From positions 8,306 to 72,305 of the forward strand of contig JAZSMD010000003.1 of NCBI GenBank assembly GCA_045535665.1: DNA of 64,000 nt. The letters are read 5' to 3'. Made by a program: the position numbers and the translations under genes. Positions 9,082 to 18,916 of this stretch are shown piece after piece. The notes under the pieces were generated by a model. The model made no database searches and had not been told where the DNA came from. It was given only the letters and a program-made list of their open reading frames with translations. The DNA is from Eubacteriales bacterium (lineage in GTDB: Bacteria; Bacillota; Clostridia; Oscillospirales; UBA644). Numbering within the stretch: the first letter of the stretch is position 1; each line of letters starts with the position of its first letter.

Positions 9082-10860
9082 TCAATAGAACCTAAATCCA
9101 AACAACGCATACGGAGCAACAGCACCGTCATCAATCCTTGTTATCGTAAGATAATAACGAATATCCTCTTCCATATAAAAGGGCTCCAATATTGAATCTC
9201 CGCAAACTTCAACAGATAAAATACATGGGTCATCGTCACTAAATCTGTTTTCATAAGCACGTTGCCGCACCTGAATAAGATAATGAGCATCTGTGCTGTC
9301 AGATCGGAAATATTTCAAGATCAATTCTCCATTACCCTCATACAAATTTTGTAGTTTTTCACGAGATACAGCTTCATGATAATCATAATCGCTGTTTTTA
9401 TCCCAATTATAATCATTCAAGGATCGAGTAAATACCTCAAGCTGTTCAACAGAGAAGTCTTTATATATATCAAAACTCACATTGCCAAGTTCATTATAAA
9501 AGATATTCTTTTTGGAAATTGAAAGTTTTTCGGGACTTGAAAGCTTAACCGATATCTGCCATTGGTAAATGAATGAATCGTTATAAAGGAAAATTCGGTA
9601 AGTCTTAGCCGTAAATTCAGCTTCAGGAAGTTCAACATTCAAGGGCTCACCTTCTGTTATTTTGCCGCTATAAAACGGTTCAGCATAGTTTTCAGAATCG
9701 AAAATTCGAAATTCAGCAGTTCCAAAACCGAAACCTTCATCTAAAATAAAGGTACAATCCACCTTATTTTGACCGAGCTCCGCTTCACAATTTACGGGAT
9801 ACTGTGCATATTCAAGATCGATATTTGCCAATACTTTCGGGGCATTCTCTGAATACGACTTCTTTATGCAATTATCCACAAGCTGAACAGATTCATAGTC
9901 TATTTGCGTTGGAACAACAATATCTGTAACAGAGCTGTTCTTGGGGGATATTGCCTTAACAAGTTCAGCATCATAAGTCAACTCTTTGCCGCTTATATCT
10001 ATGGTAAAACGAGCCAAAGCCATTGGTGCTTCATAGCCCTTTTTGACAAATTTAGACTCGTGCACACGTTTATCTTCCTCAGTATATCCTGCATCTTCAA
10101 AATAACGATCAGTTCTGACGCTCAATGGTACGCCAAAATAAAACGGTTTGGAGAATTTTTCCATATCTATACCGGAAATACCGTTTCCGTCATCACCAAA
10201 AAGTAATGTACGGTAAGAATAGTTCATTTCATCGGAAGTAGTTCTCATATACATTCCTTCAAATTTCTTCTGAAGATCCGAATCAAGAGGTTTAATAAAA
10301 GCTTCAAAATCTTCCACAGTCATAAATTTCGGGGGCTCAAATGTCTGATGACCGTTCCGATAACTAATAAAAAAATCCTGTAAAAGAAGAACTTCTATTT
10401 CAACCTTATCTTCAGTCACTTCGGTAAAGCGAACGCCATGCTCCCAAGTTTTCGTATAAGGATCATAATATCCTGAGCCACCGACAACATTATATGTAAA
10501 AACAGTTTCACCTGCCTTATTTACACCGTAAAGCTCAGATCTGCCAAGAGATATCTCTCCGCTATTTTTATTTTCTATACTAAAAGAAAAACCACCGTCG
10601 ATATAAACATATCTAACCGCAAAATTCTCATTTTCAACAAGAGTTACACCTTGCTTTGATTCCGTCTCTTTCGGAACACTTCCCGTAAAAACATAACCTT
10701 CCTTAAATTCATGATATAACTTATCATGTTCATACGCAATAAAGATATCAGCTCCGTAAACGGTCCTTATAGCAGCTCCGACAGCAAAAACAAATGCAAC
10801 AAAAACACATAAAAGTATGTATTTCAGTATGCGGTTTTTATTATCCTTTCTTAAATCCAT
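9082..10860 (-). CDS. Hypothetical membrane-anchored protein; N-terminal half resembles the N-terminal region of the DUF5696 protein in this window
   Basis: N-terminal TM helix; motif similarity by eye to 36024-39002; start moved to ATG 10860 after GGAGGT. Confidence 0.6.
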   Translation of the reverse strand: MDLRKDNKNRILKYILLCVFVAFVFAVGAAIRTVYGADIFIAYEHDKLYHEFKEGYVFTGSVPKETESKQGVTLVENENFAVRYVYIDGGFSFSIENKNSGEISLGRSELYGVNKAGETVFTYNVVGGSGYYDPYTKTWEHGVRFTEVTEDKVEIEVLLLQDFFISYRNGHQTFEPPKFMTVEDFEAFIKPLDSDLQKKFEGMYMRTTSDEMNYSYRTLLFGDDGNGISGIDMEKFSKPFYFGVPLSVRTDRYFEDAGYTEEDKRVHESKFVKKGYEAPMALARFTIDISGKELTYDAELVKAISPKNSSVTDIVVPTQIDYESVQLVDNCIKKSYSENAPKVLANIDLEYAQYPVNCEAELGQNKVDCTFILDEGFGFGTAEFRIFDSENYAEPFYSGKITEGEPLNVELPEAEFTAKTYRIFLYNDSFIYQWQISVKLSSPEKLSISKKNIFYNELGNVSFDIYKDFSVEQLEVFTRSLNDYNWDKNSDYDYHEAVSREKLQNLYEGNGELILKYFRSDSTDAHYLIQVRQRAYENRFSDDDPCILSVEVCGDSILEPFYMEEDIRYYLTITRIDDGAVAPYALFGFRFY

Positions 10861-10874
10861 AATCCACCTCCGGT

Positions 10875-11153
10875 TCATTTAACTTCCAACGTAATATATC
10901 CCTTTTCCGCTGAATCCGTAAAGATTTTCAACATAGTCTCTCCATATTCTCCGAGATTTTTTCTTATTGAAGAGCTGTATTTCAGCTTTATGGTAATATT
11001 TTTATCGTAACTTGACAAAACATCTGCAAGTGCATCAAGATTTTTACCGTAATAAGGGGGAAAACCTTTCTTTTTCGCAAGATATTCATGGGTTTTCTCA
11101 TTGGTTTTGCATCTGCGACCGTCTATTGTAATACTTTTTCTCATAAAACTCAT
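10875..11153 (-). CDS. Barstar family ribonuclease inhibitor
   Basis: Signature FPPYYGKNLDALADVL; directly downstream of a barnase-like gene. Confidence 0.92.
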   Translation of the reverse strand: MSFMRKSITIDGRRCKTNEKTHEYLAKKKGFPPYYGKNLDALADVLSSYDKNITIKLKYSSSIRKNLGEYGETMLKIFTDSAEKGYITLEVK

Positions 11154-11156
11154 ATC

Positions 11157-11726
11157 TTATTCCTCTCCGTAAAGCAACTCAAAACTTTCGTAGTGGTCAT
11201 CTGTATAATAAATAAGACCGTCATTTGAAAAAACTATTCGCTTAGCACCGCGGGAGTTTTTTCCCAAAGTGTCTATATCGCACTCCGTATAGGTTCTGCC
11301 GTCTTTTTTTGGTAAAAGACCTTCGTAATTTCCGAAATAATCCCCACCGATACATTTGCCCTTTGCATAATCTTCAAGACCTCCGCCTTCCCAACCGAGG
11401 GAACGGGCTTCATCTTTTGTAATGAAATTATCGGGGAGCCTACCGTAAGTTCTAATATAAAGAGCAACATCATCTTTAGAGGTATAAACACCGTCCTCTG
11501 CGATCATCGAGCTTTCCACATCTGCAATATCGGACTCTGTCAAAACATCTGAAGACGGATCCGAAACTGTAGGATCATTTTCATAATCCTCAAGAGAATC
11601 ATATGCAACCTCTGCCAGCTCACCGAGAGCATCAAATACTTCACCTATTCCGTCACAAGAGGTAAAAGAAGAAAGTGTCACAAGAGCAGCAAGTAAAAAT
11701 AACAGTAATTTAGAAAACTTTTTCAT
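11157..11726 (-). CDS. Barnase-like guanyl-specific ribonuclease, lipoprotein
   Basis: Lipobox FTSC, acidic linker, LPDNFITKDEARSLGW, IGGDYF, YTECDI, RIVFSNDGLIYYTDDHY (catalytic Glu/Arg/His positions retained). Confidence 0.92.
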   Translation of the reverse strand: MKKFSKLLLFLLAALVTLSSFTSCDGIGEVFDALGELAEVAYDSLEDYENDPTVSDPSSDVLTESDIADVESSMIAEDGVYTSKDDVALYIRTYGRLPDNFITKDEARSLGWEGGGLEDYAKGKCIGGDYFGNYEGLLPKKDGRTYTECDIDTLGKNSRGAKRIVFSNDGLIYYTDDHYESFELLYGEE

Positions 11727-11765
11727 ATAAACAATCCTTTCTTATGGTAATATATAATAAAATCA

Positions 11766-11818
11766 GCGGGGAAAACTTCTTTAACGGGAAAAAAGTTTTC
11801 CCCGCACTTTTTTAAAAA
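11766..11818. repeat. REP-like palindrome, copy 2
   Basis: GCGGGGAAAACTT...AAGTTTTCCCCGC plus tail ACTTTTTTAAAAA. Confidence 0.78.
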
Positions 11819-11893
11819 TAGATGTTGGGTAAATAACTGTTGATCATATATTGACCGGAAAATCTATAAAAGAAATCCGTCTCAATTTTTTAT

Positions 11894-12664
11894 TTAGTTG
11901 AATTCAAGAACCGCACTCACGGGGTAATGGTCAGAAATAAACGCAGCTTCCGTATCGTAATTATTCCAAAGTCTAACGTCAGTAGCCCTTACGTTTTTAT
12001 CTGCAAAAATGTAGTCGATCTTATTTTTACACTGACCGAAATTATGGAATGAATATGCCAGATCTTTTGTAACATCGCAAAGAGGATGTCTTTCAAATGC
12101 AAGAGTTTCTGTTATTGCAACGCTGTCGGGTTCCGCATTGAAGTCCCCTGTCATAATAACGGGGATATCAAAGAGGTCACAGTCCTTTTCGATCTTGGCA
12201 AGGATCTGTCTCATGCCCAACTGACGAGCCTTTTCGCCTTCGTGGTCAAGATGTGTGTTGTAAACAGCAATAAGTCTACGGTCAACCCTGTCATAAAAAC
12301 GAGCCGCAACGCAAATTCTCGGACACATACTCTGTTCTTCAAATCTTGTTCCGGGAATTGACGGTGTGGGAGAGAGCCAAACCATATCAAGCCAACAAAG
12401 GTCAAATCTCTCTTTATTGTAAAGAATAGGATTGCTTTCACCGCGAAGATCCGCATCTCTGCCGCAGCCTATAATACCGTATTCGGGAAACGCAGATTTA
12501 AGCCAATCCTGAGCTTCAGGCTGAACTTCCTGAAAACCGATAAAATCAGCCTTTTCTTCCTTTATGGCAGTATATATGTTAGGCATATGCTTAAAAAATC
12601 TGTCGGGATACCTGCCATGATGTGTGAGAATATTAAACGTACAAACTTTAATTGGAGTGCTCAT
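11894..12664 (-). CDS. Endonuclease/exonuclease/phosphatase (EEP) family protein
   Basis: TFNI, GFQEV, NTHLDH, GDFN, IDYIF and SDHYPV motifs. Confidence 0.93.
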   Translation of the reverse strand: MSTPIKVCTFNILTHHGRYPDRFFKHMPNIYTAIKEEKADFIGFQEVQPEAQDWLKSAFPEYGIIGCGRDADLRGESNPILYNKERFDLCWLDMVWLSPTPSIPGTRFEEQSMCPRICVAARFYDRVDRRLIAVYNTHLDHEGEKARQLGMRQILAKIEKDCDLFDIPVIMTGDFNAEPDSVAITETLAFERHPLCDVTKDLAYSFHNFGQCKNKIDYIFADKNVRATDVRLWNNYDTEAAFISDHYPVSAVLEFN

Positions 12665-12948
12665 TTTTTAAACCATCCTTTTTTCTTAATTTTTTCCTTA
12701 TTTCTTTGAGACGGCGGAACATCGCTGAATGTTTCATCAAAATCTTCGCTTTCCGCAACAGGTTCTATCACACGAATAACAGGATCGTTCATGTTCGGAT
12801 ATTTTGAACGGTATTTCTTCTTTATCTCTGCAATTCTTTCATTTTCGGAATCACTTATATCTGCACCGTCGAAAGATTTACGCAAACCGCAAATACAAAA
12901 ATATCCGTTTTCATCCTCAGTCATCAGCTTACCGCATTTACAAAACAT
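12661..12948 (-). CDS. Small hypothetical protein with a putative zinc ribbon
   Basis: CKCG...CICG; SD AAGGAG; stop overlaps the EEP start (ATGA). Confidence 0.65.
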   Translation of the reverse strand: MFCKCGKLMTEDENGYFCICGLRKSFDGADISDSENERIAEIKKKYRSKYPNMNDPVIRVIEPVAESEDFDETFSDVPPSQRNKEKIKKKGWFKK

Positions 12949-12962
12949 TTATAACTCCTTAT

Positions 12963-14417
12963 TTAATCAATAAGTTCATATATGGGGAAATTGGGAACCA
13001 TATAATCCTCAATAAGTGCGGGATAAATATCTTTAAGCTCTTCAAGAACTACAGCAATAGATCTTGGATCGTCACCATCGATAGCTCCTTTTGCGAACCC
13101 TGCACGCCAAAGGTCGTCAAACCCGTTATCAGAATTATCGCTGAATGTCCAATATGTATAAGTACCGTTTTTATAGGTATTCATTGCATATTCAGCATCT
13201 TCGTAAGTATATACGACATTTGAAGAAAGATATTCAAATCTGTCTTGCTCTGTTTCAAAACCGGTAAAAGGCTCACAAAGCATATCTATGATTGCAAAAT
13301 CAGCTTCGGGATCAAGTGCTGTATAGAAAACAGAGAAAGACTCCGTAGCTTCAATTGCTGAGGGCCACTTTCCGTATTCGCCTTTTGGACCTGTGGGGAA
13401 AGGTGCAACGCTGTAATTCTGAACTTCATAAACGATATCGTTATAAAGTATAGACGCCGCAGTAAGACAAGCAACAGAATTCTGTTCTACGGTAAAAGCT
13501 TCTATGATATCAGGCCAGTCTCCCATATCCGGAGTAAAATTATCTGTATATTTTTCTCTGAGGTCATAGTAGAACTGAGCAGCTTCAATAAGATTATCTG
13601 CACCGAAGTCTGTAGCATAACCGTTTTCTGTTTCATATGCAAGTCTGACGCCGTTACCGTAAGCCAAAAGCTTTACAACGTCCATGCCTCGTGCCGCAAG
13701 AGAATAAACGCTGTTATCGCCGTCAGCATTGGAAGACTCTGCAATAACTGTTTCAAAGGCATCCCAGTTCCATGTTCCGTTCTCAATAAATTCCTTAGGA
13801 TCGGGAGTTGCATACTTTTTCATAAGATCGTCATTAAACACAAGAAGCTCAAGAGCTCTGGGTTGCTTGTACATCCAGGAAATTGGAGATACTGCGTAAA
13901 TATGTCCGTTTACGGCATTCATCTCCTGAATATTTGCAGTTCCGTATTTTTCTGTGTTTTTATAATCGATATAAGAACCATATTCATCGACGATTTCAAG
14001 ATATCCTGCTTCAGCCTGATGCTTCATAAGTGCATGAGAGGGAGAATAAAGCACATCCTGCTGAACATTATCAGCCATAAGCTTTACGGAAAGAAGTTCC
14101 CAAGTGTCTTCCAAAACGGATAATACTATATCGCATCCTTCGGCTTTTTCTATATCTGAAATACGATTAAGAACGGCATCCGCAAGGTCTGTATTTTCCT
14201 TGTATCCGAAAGGGTTGTTTTCATCAATTACAAGACCTGTAGAATCCGAATGAATAGACATGGCTATTGTACAAATAAAATCATCCAGAATCAGCCCCTC
14301 CATACCTTCCTGTATAAAGTTCTGTAAAGTAACTTTCTGAGCGCAGGAAGAAAGAATCACCACAGACAAAAGCATAGAAAGAAGAAGTACTAAAATACGG
14401 TTAAGTGTAGATTTCAT
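12963..14417 (-). CDS. Extracellular solute-binding lipoprotein (carbohydrate type), orphan
   Basis: Lipobox LSSC; FN..L, GTWNWD and PFPTGP motifs; paralog of 17460-18911; start moved to ATG 14417. Confidence 0.8.
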   Translation of the reverse strand: MKSTLNRILVLLLSMLLSVVILSSCAQKVTLQNFIQEGMEGLILDDFICTIAMSIHSDSTGLVIDENNPFGYKENTDLADAVLNRISDIEKAEGCDIVLSVLEDTWELLSVKLMADNVQQDVLYSPSHALMKHQAEAGYLEIVDEYGSYIDYKNTEKYGTANIQEMNAVNGHIYAVSPISWMYKQPRALELLVFNDDLMKKYATPDPKEFIENGTWNWDAFETVIAESSNADGDNSVYSLAARGMDVVKLLAYGNGVRLAYETENGYATDFGADNLIEAAQFYYDLREKYTDNFTPDMGDWPDIIEAFTVEQNSVACLTAASILYNDIVYEVQNYSVAPFPTGPKGEYGKWPSAIEATESFSVFYTALDPEADFAIIDMLCEPFTGFETEQDRFEYLSSNVVYTYEDAEYAMNTYKNGTYTYWTFSDNSDNGFDDLWRAGFAKGAIDGDDPRSIAVVLEELKDIYPALIEDYMVPNFPIYELID

Positions 14418-14431
14418 AATAATACCTCTTT

Positions 14432-16063
14432 TCAATTATTAAGAGCAGCTTCAAGAACATTACCCATTTCGATTCTGACGCTGTTGAAATTTGAGGAATC
14501 ACGGTTGCATTCATCAACAGCAGTTGTAACACGGTTTACGAAGCCCATCGAAACTTCTTTACCAAGAATTTTTTCAACCATTGAAATCAATTCGTAATCT
14601 TCAACACCGTCGCGGCAAGCTTCAAGGCGAACAGATCCACATGGTCCGTTTATTCCGTATTTTTCTCCGGGATAAATAAGTGAGCCGTCCCCGTAAACGT
14701 CATCCGTAAGCCAAGGAACAGTTGCAATATTTTCCCAAGGATCATTTTCTACATATTGCCAATGAGTTGTTGACCAATAAAGGAAACCTGTTGAGCCCAC
14801 AAGATATTGCTGCCAGAATATAATTCTATGGTCAATACCCAATTCATTCACATAAAGATTCATGAAAGGATCTCCGGGTTCCCAGCAAACATATGTCCAA
14901 ACTTCACGATTATCGTATTTTTCAACATAACTCGCCAATCGGTCAGAAAGACTTCCGTAAATATCCTCGTAACCTTTTGTTTGAAGTCCTCCATTATATA
15001 TAAATGAATTTTTAAAGCAAGCAAGTTTTGCACAATAAATATCCATATATGGGAACATTGCTTCAAACCCGTCTATTTTATTCAGATAGTCATAGCTGAA
15101 ATCCTTGAAGAAAGGAGCTATGACACGAATTTCGGGAGCAACACTTTTTATTTCATTGTATAATGCAATAAGTTCGCTTACGGCGTCTTTATTTGAGGGT
15201 TCATCAATAGGATAAACATAAGCTTTAGAAAGCCAATCGGAGTTTGATTTGAGTTTTTTGTAAACATCTTCATTCGCAGAGACTTTAAAATTTGAAACTC
15301 TCGGGTCAGTCATATAAGCTTCGGCTTCTTCGCTGAGAATATTGTATGGAAGATCATATGCAGATATTTTCTGATCTAACAGGAAATCATAGTATTCTTT
15401 GTAATTATCTCGACCATTAACGCCAAAAGCCGTATCAAGAGCGTAATCATCTGAATAAGTAAAATTCCAAACGTGAAGATCTACTTTCAGAGTTTCAAAA
15501 ACGTCACCGTTGGCATTTGTCACAACAACGGGAACCTCATAATCTCCAGCAACTGCATTTTTACCAACGTTGAAACGGATAAGAATATTTTGTAGTTCGT
15601 TTTCATCTAAATCAACGGGCTCGATTCTTATGGGGAGTAATCCATCTGGCCAATTTTCGCCTTCAATAAGATGAGTTTTTTCAATGAAAAGTTCTGCGGA
15701 AACGTCTTCGGGAAGCGTGCCTATCTTAAATTCAACCCCTGATTCTGCAGAAGTTGCGAAAAGGGAAGCAACAACGCTTTCACTTTCATTTTTAGCTGCA
15801 TAAACTTCAATTTCCTTTGAAGCACCTTCATGCTGTTCTTCGGAAAGGATTTTTTCATAGCCCGAATAAATAAAAGCCTTTACGTTTTCAATTTTTTCAG
15901 CCGTTAAATAAGAAGAAACATCTTCACCGTAAACAAGGTCTTTTTCAACGTCAAGCTCAACCAATTTATATTCTTTCGGCTGACTTGCACAAGAAGTTAT
16001 TAAAGGCAAAGTCATTGCTGCAACCAAAACAACAGCAGAAAAGCCTTTTAAAATCTTATTCAT
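14432..16063 (-). CDS. DUF4091 / GH123-like lipoprotein
   Basis: Lipobox ITSC; AAKNESES, DEP, W.YVC, GFLYW, GDGSLIYPG, SVRLEACRDGVEDYE. Confidence 0.85.
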   Translation of the reverse strand: MNKILKGFSAVVLVAAMTLPLITSCASQPKEYKLVELDVEKDLVYGEDVSSYLTAEKIENVKAFIYSGYEKILSEEQHEGASKEIEVYAAKNESESVVASLFATSAESGVEFKIGTLPEDVSAELFIEKTHLIEGENWPDGLLPIRIEPVDLDENELQNILIRFNVGKNAVAGDYEVPVVVTNANGDVFETLKVDLHVWNFTYSDDYALDTAFGVNGRDNYKEYYDFLLDQKISAYDLPYNILSEEAEAYMTDPRVSNFKVSANEDVYKKLKSNSDWLSKAYVYPIDEPSNKDAVSELIALYNEIKSVAPEIRVIAPFFKDFSYDYLNKIDGFEAMFPYMDIYCAKLACFKNSFIYNGGLQTKGYEDIYGSLSDRLASYVEKYDNREVWTYVCWEPGDPFMNLYVNELGIDHRIIFWQQYLVGSTGFLYWSTTHWQYVENDPWENIATVPWLTDDVYGDGSLIYPGEKYGINGPCGSVRLEACRDGVEDYELISMVEKILGKEVSMGFVNRVTTAVDECNRDSSNFNSVRIEMGNVLEAALNN

Positions 16064-16094
16064 ATATTCAAAATCCTTTCCTGTTTTAATTCTA

Positions 16095-17441
16095 TCAATA
16101 ATTTACATAGAAAGCCTTACAAAGATTATGCATCATATAAATATCGGTCTTGGAAGCAAGTTCATAAGGAGCGTGCATAGAAAGCATTGCAACTCCGACA
16201 TCAAGAACTTCAATATTTCTGTCCGCAATAAACTGAGCTACAGTTCCGCCACCGCCAACGTCGATCTTGCCGAGTTCACAGAACTGATACATAACATTGT
16301 TTGCATCAAAAATACCTGCAAGTTTTGCAATAAATTCAGGACAAGCATCTGAAGCACCCGATTTACCGCCACGGCCTGTATATTTACAAATTGCGGGACC
16401 GCAATTTACAAGAGCTGTATTTCTCTTTTCAAAAACAGAGGGGAATGTGGGGTCAAATGCCGCACTTACGTCTGCTGAAATAGCCGCAGAATTCTTAAAA
16501 GCAACTCTTGCGTTGTATCCGTCACAAAGTGCAAGAAGGAAGTCTGTAAAGAAGGAACTTCTCATACCTGTAATACCGGCACTACCTATCTCTTCTTTAT
16601 CAACAAGAACAGCAACGCAAGTTTTTGCAGGTTTTTCAAGTGTAAGGAGTGATGTAAATGCAGGATATGAGCATATTCTGTCATCATGTCCGTAAGAACC
16701 GATAAGACTTCTGTCGAAACCAACGTCTTTTGCCTTTGCGGCAGGAACAATGGTAAGCTCTGCTGTTTGGAAATCACATTCGGAAATACCGTACTTCTCG
16801 TTAAGAATCTTCATAACAGAAGTCTTTATTTTGTTATCTTTTTCATCCTTATCATATGCGGAACCTATTACGATATTAAGGTCTTCACCCTGAATAGGCT
16901 GAGAGTCCTTTGCAAGATGAGGAAGAAGGTCAGTAATATAGAAAATGGGGTCATTTTCATCTTCACCGATATTGATATTAACTGTAGTTCCATCTTTTTT
17001 ACAAATTACACCTATCAAAGAAAGAGGAATTGCAGTCCACTGATATTTACGGATACCACCGTAATAATGGGTCTTGAAATAAGCCATATTACCGTCTTCG
17101 TAAAGGGGATTGGGACGAATGTCAAGTCTGGGTGAATCTATGTGAGCCGCTGTTATATTAAAACCTTTTTCGGGAGATTCTGTGCCTATAACTGCAAAAA
17201 TAGCAGATTTATTTTTCTGATTTACATAAACCTTGTCACCGGGATTGTATTTTTTACCGTCAACAAATTCAACAAAGCCGTTAGCCTTTGCGAGTTCAAT
17301 GGAATATGAAACGCAAGCTCTTTCTGTTTTGCCGTTATCAAGAAATTTTTTGTAGCCTTCGCAATAATCATATGCAGCCTTGATCTCTTCTTCGGAAAGG
17401 ACATCATATGCATTTTTCTGTGTGTATAAAAGTTCACTCAT
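16095..17441 (-). CDS. M18 family aminopeptidase (aspartyl aminopeptidase / ApeA-like)
   Basis: AHIDSPRLD, THYYGGI, GHDDR, DKEEIGS, SADV, SMHAPYE metal-binding motifs. Confidence 0.93.
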   Translation of the reverse strand: MSELLYTQKNAYDVLSEEEIKAAYDYCEGYKKFLDNGKTERACVSYSIELAKANGFVEFVDGKKYNPGDKVYVNQKNKSAIFAVIGTESPEKGFNITAAHIDSPRLDIRPNPLYEDGNMAYFKTHYYGGIRKYQWTAIPLSLIGVICKKDGTTVNINIGEDENDPIFYITDLLPHLAKDSQPIQGEDLNIVIGSAYDKDEKDNKIKTSVMKILNEKYGISECDFQTAELTIVPAAKAKDVGFDRSLIGSYGHDDRICSYPAFTSLLTLEKPAKTCVAVLVDKEEIGSAGITGMRSSFFTDFLLALCDGYNARVAFKNSAAISADVSAAFDPTFPSVFEKRNTALVNCGPAICKYTGRGGKSGASDACPEFIAKLAGIFDANNVMYQFCELGKIDVGGGGTVAQFIADRNIEVLDVGVAMLSMHAPYELASKTDIYMMHNLCKAFYVNY

Positions 17442-17459
17442 TGTTTTTTCTCCTTTTAA

Positions 17460-18911
17460 TTATTTATTGATTATATCATATATGGGCATATTGGGAACCA
17501 TATATTCCTCAACATAGTCCACAATTTTACTTTTGAATTCTTCAACTACCTGCATAGGTGTTTTTTCATTAAGATTACTTGAAGCGCTTCTGTAGAAAGA
17601 ATTTATATTTGTTGAACCGAGAGTCTCTGACCAATAGGAATATCTCGCATGGTCGTGCACATTAAGAATAATCTCAGCATCTTCATTATTGTAGAGAACT
17701 GAGCCTCCAATGTAATTCAAAAGATCTTCCTCGGTTTCATAACCTTCAAGAGGTTCACATATTTCATCCAAAATCGTAATTACGATTTCAGGTTCATCGG
17801 TATTTTTAAAGACAGAAAAACACTCCTGACCTTCAATAATTCCGGTCCATTTTCCGTACTCACCTCTCGGCCCCGAAGGGAAAGGCATCATTGAAATATT
17901 TTTCGCATCGTAAATAATTTTATAATAAACAAGGTCTGTAGCTGTAATTCCACACATAGCATTTCCAAGACAGATTTCCTCCGCAACCGAAGTCTGGTCC
18001 ATAGAATCTGATGTCATACTTTTTGAAAAGGCATCGTTGTTTGTCATTACAACATCCTTATACCATTGCAGAGCTTCCATCATATTTTCACTACCGTAAT
18101 TTCTGATGATCTCCCCATTACTGTCAAATTGAGCCAATTCAACGCCATTACTCTGAACAAGAAGTCTTGCAAGATCAAAGTTTCTTACAGCCATTGCTTT
18201 AATTTCCTTATTACCGTCAACTACATGATACGTTGTAATAATTTCCTCAAGGGCATCCCAATTCCATAAATTATTTTCCAAGAATTCTTTTGGATCAACT
18301 TTTCCGTACTGGGAAATAGGATCCATATTAAATACCATAATTCCGAAAGTTCGCGGTTGTTTATATGGCCATGTAATTGGACAAAGACCATAAATCGATC
18401 CTTTAAAAGAAACAATTTCCTGCACATTTGCTTCGCCGTATTTTGAGGTGTTTTTAAGATCGGCATAATCCATATAGTCCTCAAGTGCAAGGAAAATACC
18501 TGCATCTGCCCCCTCAAGAGTTCCGTCATGGTCTGCTGAATAAACCGCAGCATAATTTATGTTATTTCCCATATAACGCATTATAAGCTCTTCCTGCTCT
18601 ATGTCATCATATTGCAGATTTATAGTACAGTTAAGTTTTTTTTCAACATCACTTAATCGTTTTACTGCAGCATCGCAAAGAGTTGTATTATTAGGATATC
18701 CGAAAAGATTTCCCTTCGTCAAAGAAATTGCTGCTATATCCCCGACCTCAAGCTGCAAAAGATCTAAAACAAATCCTTCATAGCTTTCAGATCCGGAATC
18801 GGTATCAATAAACTCTAAAAGAGAAACTTGCTCTCCACAAGCAGAAAGAGTTGTAATCATCAGTATGACAGCAACTACACCAGATAAAATTTTCCTCAAA
18901 AAACTTTTCAT
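17460..18911 (-). CDS. Extracellular solute-binding lipoprotein (carbohydrate type), orphan
   Basis: Lipobox LSAC; WNWD and PFPSGP motifs; paralog of 12963-14417; start moved to ATG 18911 after GGAG. Confidence 0.8.
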   Translation of the reverse strand: MKSFLRKILSGVVAVILMITTLSACGEQVSLLEFIDTDSGSESYEGFVLDLLQLEVGDIAAISLTKGNLFGYPNNTTLCDAAVKRLSDVEKKLNCTINLQYDDIEQEELIMRYMGNNINYAAVYSADHDGTLEGADAGIFLALEDYMDYADLKNTSKYGEANVQEIVSFKGSIYGLCPITWPYKQPRTFGIMVFNMDPISQYGKVDPKEFLENNLWNWDALEEIITTYHVVDGNKEIKAMAVRNFDLARLLVQSNGVELAQFDSNGEIIRNYGSENMMEALQWYKDVVMTNNDAFSKSMTSDSMDQTSVAEEICLGNAMCGITATDLVYYKIIYDAKNISMMPFPSGPRGEYGKWTGIIEGQECFSVFKNTDEPEIVITILDEICEPLEGYETEEDLLNYIGGSVLYNNEDAEIILNVHDHARYSYWSETLGSTNINSFYRSASSNLNEKTPMQVVEEFKSKIVDYVEEYMVPNMPIYDIINK

Positions 18912-18916
18912 GGTAA

